Shown piece after piece: positions 34,777-44,663 of a stretch of 64,000 nucleotides of DNA. Within the stretch, counting starts at the first letter, position 1. Every line of letters begins with the position of its first letter. Both the position numbers and the translations under genes were made by a program. The notes beneath the pieces were generated by a model. It was given only the letters and a program-made list of their open reading frames with translations. It ran no database searches and was not told the DNA's origin. The stretch comes from an uncultured delta proteobacterium. Its GTDB lineage: Bacteria; Myxococcota_A; UBA9160; SZUA-336. The stretch spans positions 256,001 to 320,000 of the forward strand of contig CAVPHD010000003.1 in NCBI GenBank assembly GCA_963704165.1, given 5' to 3'.

Positions 34777-36014
34777 GCCGGCGCGAGCAGGCGATCGCGG
34801 ACCGAGTCGTCGAACGCAGAGGCCGGCAGCGCGTCCGGGCCGACGAACGCGGCCAGGAACCAGAGTAGGAGCGCGGGGTCCGCGGCCTGAAGCTCGCGGG
34901 CGCGCCTCCGACGTGCCTCGGCCTCGGTGCCGAACTCGTTCTCGAGGTGCGAATCGAGCGACGCCGAGAAGCGCAGCGGCGCAGTCGTTCGCGCCGCTCT
35001 TCGGTGTAGGGCGTGAACGAGGCCGGCGACCCGCCCGAGCTCGCGATCAGGATCTCGCTCACGATCCGGACGTCCCGCAGCGTGATCGAGAGCCCTTGTC
35101 CGATGATCGGATCGTTGTGACCCGCGGCATCGCCGATCAGGACGACGCCGTCGGCGACCGGTGACTCGGCCCAGGTGTCCTCGTTCCCGTAGGAGTGACA
35201 CGGCCCCGCCGGGCGCGCGTTCGCGAGCGACTCGGCTTCCGGCAGGCAGCGCAGATGGAACGCGTCGAGGAAGCGTCCTCGCGGCATTCGCCCCCGTGAG
35301 CCGCGTCCTCTGCTCGAGCGCGTAGCCCAGGTAGAGCCGCGCGCGTCCTTCTCCCTGCGGGAACACCAGGAAGTGAGCGTCGTCCTCGACGCCGGTGACT
35401 TGCAGATGGGCCGGCCACGCGTCGGCGCCCTCGACGAGCAACCCCGCGAAGAGGTGATGCGTGGGATCACGATGAAGGGCGATCCCCGCCTGCTTGCGGA
35501 TCGACGAGCCGCGTCCGTCCGCGCCGACCACGAGCCGTGTCATCACGCGTTGCGCACGGCCCGCGTGCTCGAATCGAACCTCGCGATGTCCACGCTCGAT
35601 CGGTCCGAGCCCGATGCCGTCCACGCCGCGACGAACGTCCGCACCCGCCAGCGTCGCGGCCTCGGACAGGATCCCGCACATCCTCGGGTGGCCGAGACAG
35701 AGCGGTCCCTGCGCGTCGGGGAGCAGTCGGCGGAGGTCGATCGTGTTCTGCGGGGTGCGTTCCGAGTCGAGCGCATCCTGGTAGGTGCGATGCTCCGAAA
35801 CCACGTTGCCGCCGGCTGCGTGCAGCGTCTCGTAGAGTCCGAGCCGCTTCGCCTCGACGACGCCCCAGGGCGCGAGCCACTCGCCGCGCACACGATCGCG
35901 GTACTCCGTCTCCTTCTCGAGCACGAGCACCGAGAGCCCCGCGCGCGCAAGCACCGTCGCGAGCGCGCTGCCACCGATCCCCGCGCCCACGACCACGACG
36001 TCGCACTCCATCAT
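34773..36014 (-). CDS. FAD-dependent monooxygenase/oxidoreductase with two compensating frameshifts
   Basis: VVGAGIGG and GADGRGS lie in one frame, IGDAAGHNDPIIGQG in another (about 35280-34980), then the first frame resumes. Confidence 0.82.
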   Translation of the reverse strand: MMECDVVVVGAGIGGSALATVLARAGLSVLVLEKETEYRDRVRGEWLAPWGVVEAKRLGLYETLHAAGGNVVSEHRTYQDALDSERTPQNTIDLRRLLPDAQGPLCLGHPRMCGILSEAATLAGADVRRGVDGIGLGPIERGHREVRFEHAGRAQRVMTRLVVGADGRGSSIRKQAGIALHRDPTHHLFAGLLVEGADAWPAHLQVTGVEDDAHFLVFPQGEGRARLYLGYALEQRTRLTGANAARTLPRRVPSALPAGSRVARERAPGGAVSLLRERGHLGRVTGRRRRRPDRRCRGSQRSDHRTRALDHAAGRPDRERDPDRELGRVAGLVHALHRRAARTTAPLRFSASLDSHLENEFGTEAEARRRRARELQAADPALLLWFLAAFVGPDALPASAFDDSVRDRLLAPA

Positions 36015-36021
36015 CGGCCCC

Positions 36022-37182
36022 TCATACCAGACGCGCGCCGCCCGCGGCGCGCGTGCTCCAGAAGCGCGGAACGCGGCCAAATCGGCTGCGAAATCGGTCG
36101 CGGAGCTCGTCCGCGAACGCGCGCGACCCCTCGGTCCGAACCAGGTGGACCGTGCAGCCCCCGAACCCCGCTCCGGTCATGCGCGCTCCGATGCAAGCGG
36201 GCAGTGTTCGTGAATCCTCGACCAGCGCGTCGCTCTCGGGCACGGTCACGTCGTAATCGTCTCGCAGGCTCTCGTGCGAGGCGAACATGGCCGCGCCCGC
36301 GCGAGAGAGATCGCCGGACTCGAGCGCCGCCGCGAACTCGCGGACGCGCGCGTTCTCCGAGATCACGTGGCGAGCGCGGCCCAGCGCGACCGGGTCGATC
36401 GAACGCGCGAGCGGCTCGAGGTCCGCCGTCGCGAGATCCGAGAGCGATGCGATCGGCCGTCCGAACACGACACGCGCAGCTTCGAGCGCTCGATCGCATT
36501 CCGCGCGGCGCTGCGCGTAGCCGCCCGAGCGCAGCGCGCGCGACACGCCCGTGTCGAAGATCAGGATCTCGATCCCGTCCGGAAGCGGAACCCGCGTGGC
36601 GATCGTGCGCGCGCAGTCGAGCAGCAGTGCGGAGCCGGGCTCTGTACACAGAACGGCGTACTGGTCCATGATCCCGCACGGCACGCCCGCGAACTCGACC
36701 TCGGCTCGCTGGCACAGGCGCGCGAGCTCGGGACGGTCGAGCTCGACCTCGGCGCCGCCCGAGGCGGCGAGCAGCGCGAGCGCCGTCGCGGCCTCGAGCG
36801 CGGCCGAGCTCGACAAGCCCGCGCCCTCCGGCACGTCGGAGAGCACGGCGATCTCGAAGCCGGACTCGCGGACGAGACCCGCATCCACGAGAACCCGCGC
36901 GGTCCCGCGCACGTAGTCGAGCCAATCCCCCGCGGGCGGATCGTCGAGCCCGGACCGCGCTTCACCGCGCTCCCGCGAGAAGCCGCGCACGCTCGTGTCC
37001 CGGCGCATTCGCAGTGCGACGCGGGTCGAGAGCTCGATCGCGGCGGGCAGCACGAGCCCGCCGTTGTAGTCCGTGTGCTCGCCGATCAGGTTCACGCGGC
37101 CCGGAGCGCGCGACGCGGCCGACGCCGGGGAGCCGAACGCCGAAGCGAATGCCGCCCGCACATCTCCTTCCCCAGCATCCAT
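36022..37182 (-). CDS. galK: Galactokinase
   Basis: APGRVNLIGEHTDYN, PEGAGLSSSAA, CGIMDQ, GARMTGAGFGG. Confidence 0.95.
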   Translation of the reverse strand: MDAGEGDVRAAFASAFGSPASAASRAPGRVNLIGEHTDYNGGLVLPAAIELSTRVALRMRRDTSVRGFSRERGEARSGLDDPPAGDWLDYVRGTARVLVDAGLVRESGFEIAVLSDVPEGAGLSSSAALEAATALALLAASGGAEVELDRPELARLCQRAEVEFAGVPCGIMDQYAVLCTEPGSALLLDCARTIATRVPLPDGIEILIFDTGVSRALRSGGYAQRRAECDRALEAARVVFGRPIASLSDLATADLEPLARSIDPVALGRARHVISENARVREFAAALESGDLSRAGAAMFASHESLRDDYDVTVPESDALVEDSRTLPACIGARMTGAGFGGCTVHLVRTEGSRAFADELRDRFRSRFGRVPRFWSTRAAGGARLV

Positions 37183-37261
37183 GCTCATCTCCGCCCGAAG
37201 CCCGGCGTAACCCTTGGGAAATCCCGCCGGCTGGCCTAGCGTCCCGGCCGGGATTCTCATT

Positions 37262-38617
37262 ATGGCGCGGCCGCTCTGGATAGCCCTGATCGCGTGCACC
37301 CTGTGCGCGGATGTCCACGCGAACCAGGAGTCGCGGCGTACCCCCGTGGTCGCGGCCGCCGAGAGCGGAGCTCCCTCGACCGTGAATATCATCTCGACGC
37401 AGCAGGTCGCAGACAGCGGAAACCCGTTCGTCCGTGGCGACCCCTTCTTCGACGAGTTCTTCCGCCGGTTCATGAACCCCCGACCGAGCACGACCCAGAG
37501 CCTGGGCACCGGAGTCATCATCAACAGCGACGGCTACGTGCTGACCAACGAGCACGTGCTCGCAGGCGCGACACAGATCCGCGTCAGCCTCGCGGACGGG
37601 CGCAGCTTCGACGCGGAGCTGGTCGGCGGCGATCCGGCGAGCGACCTCGCGGTCGTGCTCGTCCACGCGAACGAGAAGCTCCCCGCCCCCAGGCTCGGGA
37701 ACTCCGACGACGTGATGATCGGCGAAACGGTGGTCGCGATCGGAAATCCCTTCGGCCTGAATCACACCGTCACCACCGGTGTGCTCTCGGCCGTGAACCG
37801 CTCGATCCGCGGGGACGGACGCGAGTACCACGGCTTTCTCCAGACCGACGCGAGCATCAATCCCGGCAACTCCGGCGGACCGCTGCTCAACCTGGACGGC
37901 GAGGTGATCGGCATCAACACGGCGATCCTCGGCAACGCCCAGGGCATCGGCTTCGCGATCCCGATCAACCGCGCGCGGCGGATCGTCGAGGACCTGATCC
38001 GACACGGCGAGGTCCTGCCGACCTGGCTCGGCATCTGGCTGCAGGAGCTGACGCCGAAGCTCCGCGAGGCGCTCGGTGCGGAGCTTTCGAGCGGCGTCCT
38101 GATCTCCACCGTGTACGAGGGCACTCCGGCTTCGGCCGCGGGCGTCCATCGCGGCGACGTGCTCACGGTCGTCGATGGCACGCCCATCCGGTCGCGCCGC
38201 GACTTCTACGAGATCGCGCGCAGCTTCACCGTCGGACAGCCGGTCAAGCTCGTGCTCGATCGCTCCGGCACGAGCGTCGCGGTCGAGGTCGAAGCCGAGA
38301 AGTTCCCCGAGACGCGCGCCGACGAGTTCGCACAGGTCTTGCTCGGCCTCGAGCTCGACGAGCGAACCCCTGCGCTCGCCCGCAGGCACGGCATCGAGTC
38401 CCCGCGCGGCATGTTCGTCTCGCGCGTGGTCCCGCACAGCGCCGCCGAGGCGCGCGGACTTCGGCCGGGCGACCTGGTGCTTCAGATCGGCCGCGAACGG
38501 ATCGATGATCGAGCCGCGCTGCGGCGAGCGATCCCGAAGATCCTCGGCCAGGACAGCGTCGTAGTCGTGGTACAACGCGGCCGGCAGTACGGCAGCGTGA
38601 TGCTCGAGCTCTGGTGA
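37262..38617 (+). CDS. HtrA/DegQ-family serine protease
   Basis: Signal peptide, TNEHV, SDLA, TDASINPGNSGGPL, two PDZ domains. Confidence 0.93.
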   Translation: MARPLWIALIACTLCADVHANQESRRTPVVAAAESGAPSTVNIISTQQVADSGNPFVRGDPFFDEFFRRFMNPRPSTTQSLGTGVIINSDGYVLTNEHVLAGATQIRVSLADGRSFDAELVGGDPASDLAVVLVHANEKLPAPRLGNSDDVMIGETVVAIGNPFGLNHTVTTGVLSAVNRSIRGDGREYHGFLQTDASINPGNSGGPLLNLDGEVIGINTAILGNAQGIGFAIPINRARRIVEDLIRHGEVLPTWLGIWLQELTPKLREALGAELSSGVLISTVYEGTPASAAGVHRGDVLTVVDGTPIRSRRDFYEIARSFTVGQPVKLVLDRSGTSVAVEVEAEKFPETRADEFAQVLLGLELDERTPALARRHGIESPRGMFVSRVVPHSAAEARGLRPGDLVLQIGRERIDDRAALRRAIPKILGQDSVVVVVQRGRQYGSVMLELW

Positions 38618-38643
38618 ATCGAAGCTCCAAGGGAGAGAAATCG

Positions 38644-40104
38644 ATGTCTGGTATTCATGTCTTCCGTCGGATCGTGATCGGCGCGCTCGCCCTCGGCGTC
38701 GCTGCGGGACCGCTGCTCGCGCAGAGCGCTCGCGCCGAGCTACCGAGACCGTTCTGGAGCGAGGGCGAGCCTGGCGACGCCTCGGCGCGGCCGGACTCGC
38801 TCGCGGATCTGGCGGAGAACGTCTCGCCGGCGGTGGTCAACATCAAGGTCGAGCGCAAGCAGACGCTGCGCGGCGGCCCCGAGGAGCTTTTCGAGGAGTT
38901 CTTCGGCCGGCAGAAGCCCGGAAGGAAGCCCGAGAGGAAGGGCCCGCGCCAGTTCAGCGTGCCGTCCTCGGGATCCGGGTTCGTCGTCTCGAGCGACGGC
39001 TTGATCGTCACCAACAACCACGTGGTCGAGAACGCCGAGTCGATGGTCGCGGTCTTCGATGACGGTACCGAGCTCGACGCCAAGGTCGTCGGGCGCGACC
39101 CGAAGACGGATCTCGCGCTGATCAAGGTCGAATCCCCCAAATCCCTGAAGCCGGTTCCGCTCGGTGACTCCGACGGTCTGCGCGTCGGCAGCTGGGTGAT
39201 GGCGATCGGAAATCCCTTCGGACTCGACCACACGGTGACGGTCGGGATCCTGTCCGCGAAGGGCCGCTCGAACTTCGGCGGCGAGCAGATCGCCGGACCC
39301 TACGACGATTTCCTTCAGACCGACGCGAGCATCAACCCCGGCAACTCCGGCGGGCCGCTGATCGACATGAAGGGACGCGTCATCGGCATCAACACGGCCA
39401 TTGCCGCGAGCGGTCAGGGAATCGGATTCGCGATTCCGATCAACATGGCGAAGAGCCTGCTGCCGCAGCTTCTCGAGCACGGTTCGGTGACGAGGGGTTG
39501 GCTCGGCGTGCAGATTCAGCGCGTCACGCCCACGCTCGCGAAGACTTTCAAGATCGAGAACGCCAAGGGCGCTCTCGTCGGCCAGGTCTTCGAGAACGGA
39601 CCGGCGGCGAAAGCGAAGATCGAGCGCGGCGACGTGATCACGAGCTTCGACGGCAAGCCGATCGACGACTACGACGATCTGCCGCGCATCGTCGCGTCGA
39701 CCCCGCCGGGAACGGCGGTCGAGGTACAGGTGCTGCGTGACGGCAAGGTGCGCAAGCTCAAGGCCACGCTCGAGAAGATGAAGGACGAGGAGATCCAAGC
39801 CGCGAGCGATGACGCCGCCGACATGAACTGGGGGTTCGAAGTCCAGGCGATCAACGACGAGATCGCAGGGCAGCTCGGACTCTCGCTCGGTTCGAAGGGC
39901 GTCGTCGTGTCCGCGGTCGAACCCGAGTCCGCCGCCGCGCGCGCGGGACTGCACCCCGGTGACGTGATCATCGAGGCGAACCGCATCGAGATCGATTCGC
40001 CGAAGCAGCTGAAGGACGCCCTCGCGACGAGCAGCGATTCCGCCGTGCTTCTGGTGCAGCGTGGCGACGGGACGCTCTACATGGCGATCGAACGGGAGAG
40101 CTGA
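38644..40104 (+). CDS. HtrA/DegP (Do) serine protease
   Basis: TNNHVV, TDLA, TDASINPGNSGGPL, RGWLGV, two PDZ domains. Confidence 0.95.
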   Translation: MSGIHVFRRIVIGALALGVAAGPLLAQSARAELPRPFWSEGEPGDASARPDSLADLAENVSPAVVNIKVERKQTLRGGPEELFEEFFGRQKPGRKPERKGPRQFSVPSSGSGFVVSSDGLIVTNNHVVENAESMVAVFDDGTELDAKVVGRDPKTDLALIKVESPKSLKPVPLGDSDGLRVGSWVMAIGNPFGLDHTVTVGILSAKGRSNFGGEQIAGPYDDFLQTDASINPGNSGGPLIDMKGRVIGINTAIAASGQGIGFAIPINMAKSLLPQLLEHGSVTRGWLGVQIQRVTPTLAKTFKIENAKGALVGQVFENGPAAKAKIERGDVITSFDGKPIDDYDDLPRIVASTPPGTAVEVQVLRDGKVRKLKATLEKMKDEEIQAASDDAADMNWGFEVQAINDEIAGQLGLSLGSKGVVVSAVEPESAAARAGLHPGDVIIEANRIEIDSPKQLKDALATSSDSAVLLVQRGDGTLYMAIERES

Positions 40105-40111
40105 GCGGGCG

Positions 40112-41323
40112 CTACTTCACGCTCACACCCGCCCAGCGCTTCAGCTCGCGGCGCGCGATCACCATCTTGTGGACCTCGTCGGGTCCGTCGGCGATCCGCA
40201 GGGATCGACCGTGGCGCCACATGGCGGCGACCGGGGTGTCGTCGGAGACGCCGAGCGATCCCATGACCTGGATCGAGCGGTCGCAGACGTCCATCAGCAG
40301 GTTGGCCGCGATCACCTTGACCATCGAGATCTCCTGCGCGGCCTCCTTCTTGCCGACCGTGTCCATCTTCCACGCGGTGTAGAGCGTGAACAGACGAGCC
40401 TGATCGATTTCCATCTTCGACTTCGCGATGAAGTCCTGGACGAACTGCTTGGTGCCGAGCGGATCGCCGCCGACCTTCCGGTTCGCCGCGTAGTCGACCA
40501 TGATCTCGTAGGCTCGCTGCGCGCCGCCGATGCAGCGCATGCAGTGGTGGATGCGGCCCGGACCCAGACGCGCCTGCGCGATCGCGAAGCCCGCGCCTTC
40601 GGGACCGAGCCGGTTCTCGACCGGCACGCGGCAGTCCTCGTAGCGGATCTCGCAGTGACCACCGCCGCCCGCGTGCCCCATCACCGAAACGGACCGGACG
40701 ATCTTGAAGCCCGGCGTCGTCGTCGGAACCAGGATCATGCTCGCGCGTTGGTGCGGCGCGGCCGACGGATCCGTCACCGCCATCACGATCGCGAACTCCG
40801 AGCCGATCGCGCCCGACGTGAACCACTTGTGCCCGTTCAGCACGTAGGTGTCGCCATCGCGCTTCGCGAGCGTCTGCAGCTGCGTCGGATCGGCGCTCGA
40901 AACCTCGGGCTCCGTCATCGAGAAGCAGGATCGGATCTCGCCGTCGAGGAGCGGCTGCAGGTACTTCTTCTTCTGCGCGTCGGTCCCGAACTGCGCGAGG
41001 ATCTCCATGTTGCCGGTATCGGGCGCCGCGCAGTTGAAGATGCGCGACGCGATCGCGCTTCGGCCCATGATCTCGGCGAGCGGCGCGTACTCGAGGTTCG
41101 AGAGACCGGCGCCGAACTCCTCGTCGGGCAGGAAGAGGTTCCAGAGCCCGATCTTGCGCGCCTTCTGCTTCAGCTCCGTGATGATCTCGGGCATGTGGTG
41201 CGGGTTGCCCGAGGCCTCGACCTGCTCCGCGGCCACACGCTCGGCCGGGTAGACGAACTCGTCCATGAAGCGCTCGAGTTGCCGCTGGATTTCCTTGACC
41301 TTCTCGCTCTGCTCGAAGTCCAT
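40112..41323 (-). CDS. Acyl-CoA dehydrogenase, ACAD10/11 (LvaC)-like
   Basis: GLWNLFLP, FNCAAPDTGNME, MTEP, RLGPGRIHHCMR, RIADGPDEVH. Confidence 0.93.
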   Translation of the reverse strand: MDFEQSEKVKEIQRQLERFMDEFVYPAERVAAEQVEASGNPHHMPEIITELKQKARKIGLWNLFLPDEEFGAGLSNLEYAPLAEIMGRSAIASRIFNCAAPDTGNMEILAQFGTDAQKKKYLQPLLDGEIRSCFSMTEPEVSSADPTQLQTLAKRDGDTYVLNGHKWFTSGAIGSEFAIVMAVTDPSAAPHQRASMILVPTTTPGFKIVRSVSVMGHAGGGGHCEIRYEDCRVPVENRLGPEGAGFAIAQARLGPGRIHHCMRCIGGAQRAYEIMVDYAANRKVGGDPLGTKQFVQDFIAKSKMEIDQARLFTLYTAWKMDTVGKKEAAQEISMVKVIAANLLMDVCDRSIQVMGSLGVSDDTPVAAMWRHGRSLRIADGPDEVHKMVIARRELKRWAGVSVK

Positions 41324-41372
41324 GCCTGCCGTTCCTTCTCTTGTCTTGTTCGGGGCGATTCTACCGGATCAC

Positions 41373-42185
41373 TCAGTCGCCGGTGTACTTGGGCGGGCGC
41401 TTCTCGAAGAAGGCGCGCACCCCTTCGCGGAAGTCCCCGCTCTGGCTGGCGAGGATCTGGTTTCGATCCTCCATGGCGATCGCGGCCTCGAGCGTCGGGG
41501 CGTCGATGCTCCAGTTGAGACAGTCCTTCGTCAGGCGCACGCCAACGGGGGAGTTGCGCAGGATCGCGTCGGCCATCTCGCGGCCGGCCTTCTCGAGATC
41601 GGCGTCGGGGACCACGCGCGAGACCAGTCCCGTCGAGAGCGCGCGCGGAGCTTCGATGAAATTCCCGGTGAGCAGAAGCTCGGAGGCGACCGAGGCGCCG
41701 ACGAGTCGCGGCAGGAAGTACGAAGCTCCGATGTCGCACGCGCCGAGCCCGATGCGGATGAACGCGGCGTTCATGCGCGCGCTCTCGCCCGCGATGCGGA
41801 TGTCGCTCGCCAGCGCGAGCGCGAAGCCTCCGCCCGCGGCCGCGCCGTGCACGAGCGCGATGAAGGGCTGAGAGACGCGGCGCATCTTGATCACGAGCTC
41901 GGCGATCCTGTGCTGTCCGCGCAGACTGACCGACACGCTCGGCCGCACCCCTGCGCCGCCGCCGGCCTGCTCGCGCAGGTCGAGACCCGCGCAGAACCCG
42001 CGCCCCGCCCCACGCAGGATCACGAGGCGGGCATCGGTGTCGTCGTGCAGCGCGTCGAGGAACGCGTGCAGCTCGTCGATGAGCTTCGGGCTCATCGCGT
42101 TCAGCGACTCGGGCCGGTTCAGCGTGCAGAACACGAGGCCGCCCGGCTCGCGTGTGACCAGTAGCGTCTCGTAGGCGTCGGACAT
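41373..42185 (-). CDS. Enoyl-CoA hydratase/isomerase family protein
   Basis: LNRPESLNA, FCAGLDL, GGGFALALASD, EGVRAFFEKRPP. Confidence 0.93.
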   Translation of the reverse strand: MSDAYETLLVTREPGGLVFCTLNRPESLNAMSPKLIDELHAFLDALHDDTDARLVILRGAGRGFCAGLDLREQAGGGAGVRPSVSVSLRGQHRIAELVIKMRRVSQPFIALVHGAAAGGGFALALASDIRIAGESARMNAAFIRIGLGACDIGASYFLPRLVGASVASELLLTGNFIEAPRALSTGLVSRVVPDADLEKAGREMADAILRNSPVGVRLTKDCLNWSIDAPTLEAAIAMEDRNQILASQSGDFREGVRAFFEKRPPKYTGD

Positions 42186-42209
42186 CTCGAACTCCTCGCT
42201 GTCGGATCT

Positions 42210-43814
42210 TCAGGCGCGATCGAAGAGCACGCCCGGGTTCAGAATCCAGCCCGGATCGAGCTCGGACTTCGAAGCGCGAAGCACGCGGGCGAAGCCCTCG
42301 GGCCGCTCGCGGTCGTACCACTTGCGGTGATCGCGGCCGACCGCGTGGTGGTGGGTGATCGTCGCGCCCTCGGCGACGATGATCTCCCCCGCGACGCGCT
42401 TCACCTCGTCCCAGAGCTCGAGCTCGGATCCGCGGCGCGCGGGAGCCAGCATCGTGTAGTACGGCGCCGGGCCGTCGCTGTAGACGTGCGTGAAACGGCA
42501 GGTGATCGTGCCGGCGCCGCAGAGCCGCACGAGCGTGTCGCGGACCTCGGTCATGATCCGGGCGTGCAGGCGTTCGAAGCGGTCCCAGGTGATGGCGGTC
42601 TCGAAAGTCTCGCAGAACATCCCGATCGCGATCAGCGCATCGCGCACGTACGGCGCACCGATGAAGGCATTGCGCCACGCACCGGCCGCCCCCTCGCGCG
42701 ATGCGCCCGCGTCCGAGCGCGTGCGGATCGCGTCGTCGGGAACGACGCCACCGTGATCCCGGCAGAGCTCGACCGCGCGCGCGATCCAGGCGTCGAGCGC
42801 GTGGTCCGCCGATTCGAAGCCGAGCACCAGAAGCGAGTCGCCACCGGTCGCGCCGGCCGAGGTCGCCGCTTCGCCGGGATCGAGCAAGCGGCAATTCGCG
42901 GGCTCGAGCCCGGATTGGCTGAGCGCGCGGACCGCCGCGACCGCGGCCTCGAACTTCGCGAAGCGGACGCTCGCGTTCGCGCGAAGCGTCGGCCGGTCCT
43001 GAAGCCGCATCCACGCCTCGCTGATCACGCCGAGCGTTCCCTCCGAGCCGGTGAAGAAGCGGTCCGGCGACGGACCCGCGCCCGATCCGGGCAGCCGTCG
43101 GGTCTCGATCACACCGGTAGGTGTCACCACGCGAAGCGCCTCGACGAACTCGTCGATGTGCGTGTAGTGCGTCGCGAAGTGGCCGCCGCTGCGCGTCGCG
43201 ATCCAGCCGCCGAGCGAGCTGAACTCGAAGGACTGCGGGAAGTGGCGCAGCGTGAGACCGTGCGGGCGCAGCTGATCCTCGAGCGCCGGCCCGAACACGC
43301 CCGCCTGGATGCGCGCCGCGCGCGATGCGCGATCGACCTCGAGCACGCGGTCCATCCGTCCGAGATCGAGCGTGATCACGCCGCGGTAGTCGCCCGCGAT
43401 GTCGGTCTCGACGCCGCCGACCACGCTCGAGCCACCGCCGAACGGCACCGCCGCCAGCCGCTCGCGCGCGCAGAAGTCGAGCACGGCGGTGATCTGTTCC
43501 TCGTTCGTCGGAAACGCGACCAGATCGGGCGGCGTTCGGAATTCGCGCCGCAGCGTGCGGACGATGTCGCGGTAGCCCTGTCCGTGCCCGTGGCGCGCAC
43601 GCTCCCAGGGATCGGCGGAGAGGATTTCGCCGAGCGCGCTCGGTGCGCGAACGCGCGGCGCCGGAAGCTCGATCTCGGAGATCCGTGGGTACGGAAGCGG
43701 CGCGAGGTCCGACCGACCGAAGCGCTCGCCGAGGCTGCTGGCGAGGCGCGCGCGCGCAGCCTCGTCGGGACCCTCGTCTTCGTATCCCCAGCCCCAGAAC
43801 TTCAGCCGCTTCAC
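42210..43814 (-). CDS. FAD-binding oxidoreductase, alkyl-DHAP synthase-like (VAO family)
   Basis: FWGWG, PFGGGSSVVGG, HFPQSFEFSSLGGWIATRSGG, GSEGTLG, THHHAVG, LNPG. Confidence 0.9.
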   Translation of the reverse strand: MKRLKFWGWGYEDEGPDEAARARLASSLGERFGRSDLAPLPYPRISEIELPAPRVRAPSALGEILSADPWERARHGHGQGYRDIVRTLRREFRTPPDLVAFPTNEEQITAVLDFCARERLAAVPFGGGSSVVGGVETDIAGDYRGVITLDLGRMDRVLEVDRASRAARIQAGVFGPALEDQLRPHGLTLRHFPQSFEFSSLGGWIATRSGGHFATHYTHIDEFVEALRVVTPTGVIETRRLPGSGAGPSPDRFFTGSEGTLGVISEAWMRLQDRPTLRANASVRFAKFEAAVAAVRALSQSGLEPANCRLLDPGEAATSAGATGGDSLLVLGFESADHALDAWIARAVELCRDHGGVVPDDAIRTRSDAGASREGAAGAWRNAFIGAPYVRDALIAIGMFCETFETAITWDRFERLHARIMTEVRDTLVRLCGAGTITCRFTHVYSDGPAPYYTMLAPARRGSELELWDEVKRVAGEIIVAEGATITHHHAVGRDHRKWYDRERPEGFARVLRASKSELDPGWILNPGVLFDRA

Positions 43815-43869
43815 CGGCGCATTATGAACGGGAGGCTCGCGCGCGGCCATCGCGCTAGTCTCAGCCGCG

Positions 43870-44649
43870 ATGAGGGGCCCCGATCGGATGCGTGATCTCC
43901 CGCGCGGACTCCTCGCGCTCGTCCTGCTTCCGGCGAACCTGATCTTCTGGAGCGCCGCTGCGCTCGGGTATGCGCTGTTCCGGGCGACGCCGCGGGCGGC
44001 CCACCGCTGTTATCGCGACTTCTCCCGCTTCTGCATGTTCGTCGGCAGCACCGACGTGGAACGCCACGGACTCGAGCACCTGAAGGCCGGCCAGGCCTAT
44101 GTGGTGGTCTCGAATCACGAGAGCAACTGGGACCCGCCGACCATCATCGCATCGCTGCCCGATCTGGTGATCCGCTTCGTGATGAAGACGCAACTCGCGA
44201 AGGTCCCCATATTCGGTATCGCGCTGCTCCGCACCGGAAACATTCCCGTCGCGCGCACGCGCACGCGCGGCGACGTGAAGCGCATCCAGGAAGGCATGTC
44301 CGAGCGCGACCCGGACGTTTCGATCCTGTTCTTCGCCCAGGGCAATCGCTCACGCGACGGATCGTTCGGCCCGTTCAAGATGGGCGCGTTCGCGACCGCG
44401 CTCGACTTCAAGCTGCCGATCCTTCCGGTGGCCGTCGCCGGAACCTACGCGGTCTGGCGCCCTGAAACGCTCTGGGTCCGGCGAGGTTCGGTCGCGCTGG
44501 AGATCGGCGAACCGATTTCCGTCGATGGGCTCGGAGTCGAGGACCGCACGGCGCTCCGGGATCGGACGCACGCAGCGGTCGCGGAGCTTCGAACGCGCGC
44601 GCGCGCGAGGCTCCGGTCGCGCGGAATCGACCCGGGCGGCATCGACTGA
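43870..44649 (+). CDS. Lysophospholipid acyltransferase (PlsC family)
   Basis: NHESNWD (NHxxxxD), FAQGNRS, FKMGAF, PILPVAV. Confidence 0.88.
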   Translation: MRGPDRMRDLPRGLLALVLLPANLIFWSAAALGYALFRATPRAAHRCYRDFSRFCMFVGSTDVERHGLEHLKAGQAYVVVSNHESNWDPPTIIASLPDLVIRFVMKTQLAKVPIFGIALLRTGNIPVARTRTRGDVKRIQEGMSERDPDVSILFFAQGNRSRDGSFGPFKMGAFATALDFKLPILPVAVAGTYAVWRPETLWVRRGSVALEIGEPISVDGLGVEDRTALRDRTHAAVAELRTRARARLRSRGIDPGGID

Positions 44650-44663
44650 GGTAGGATTGGCCG

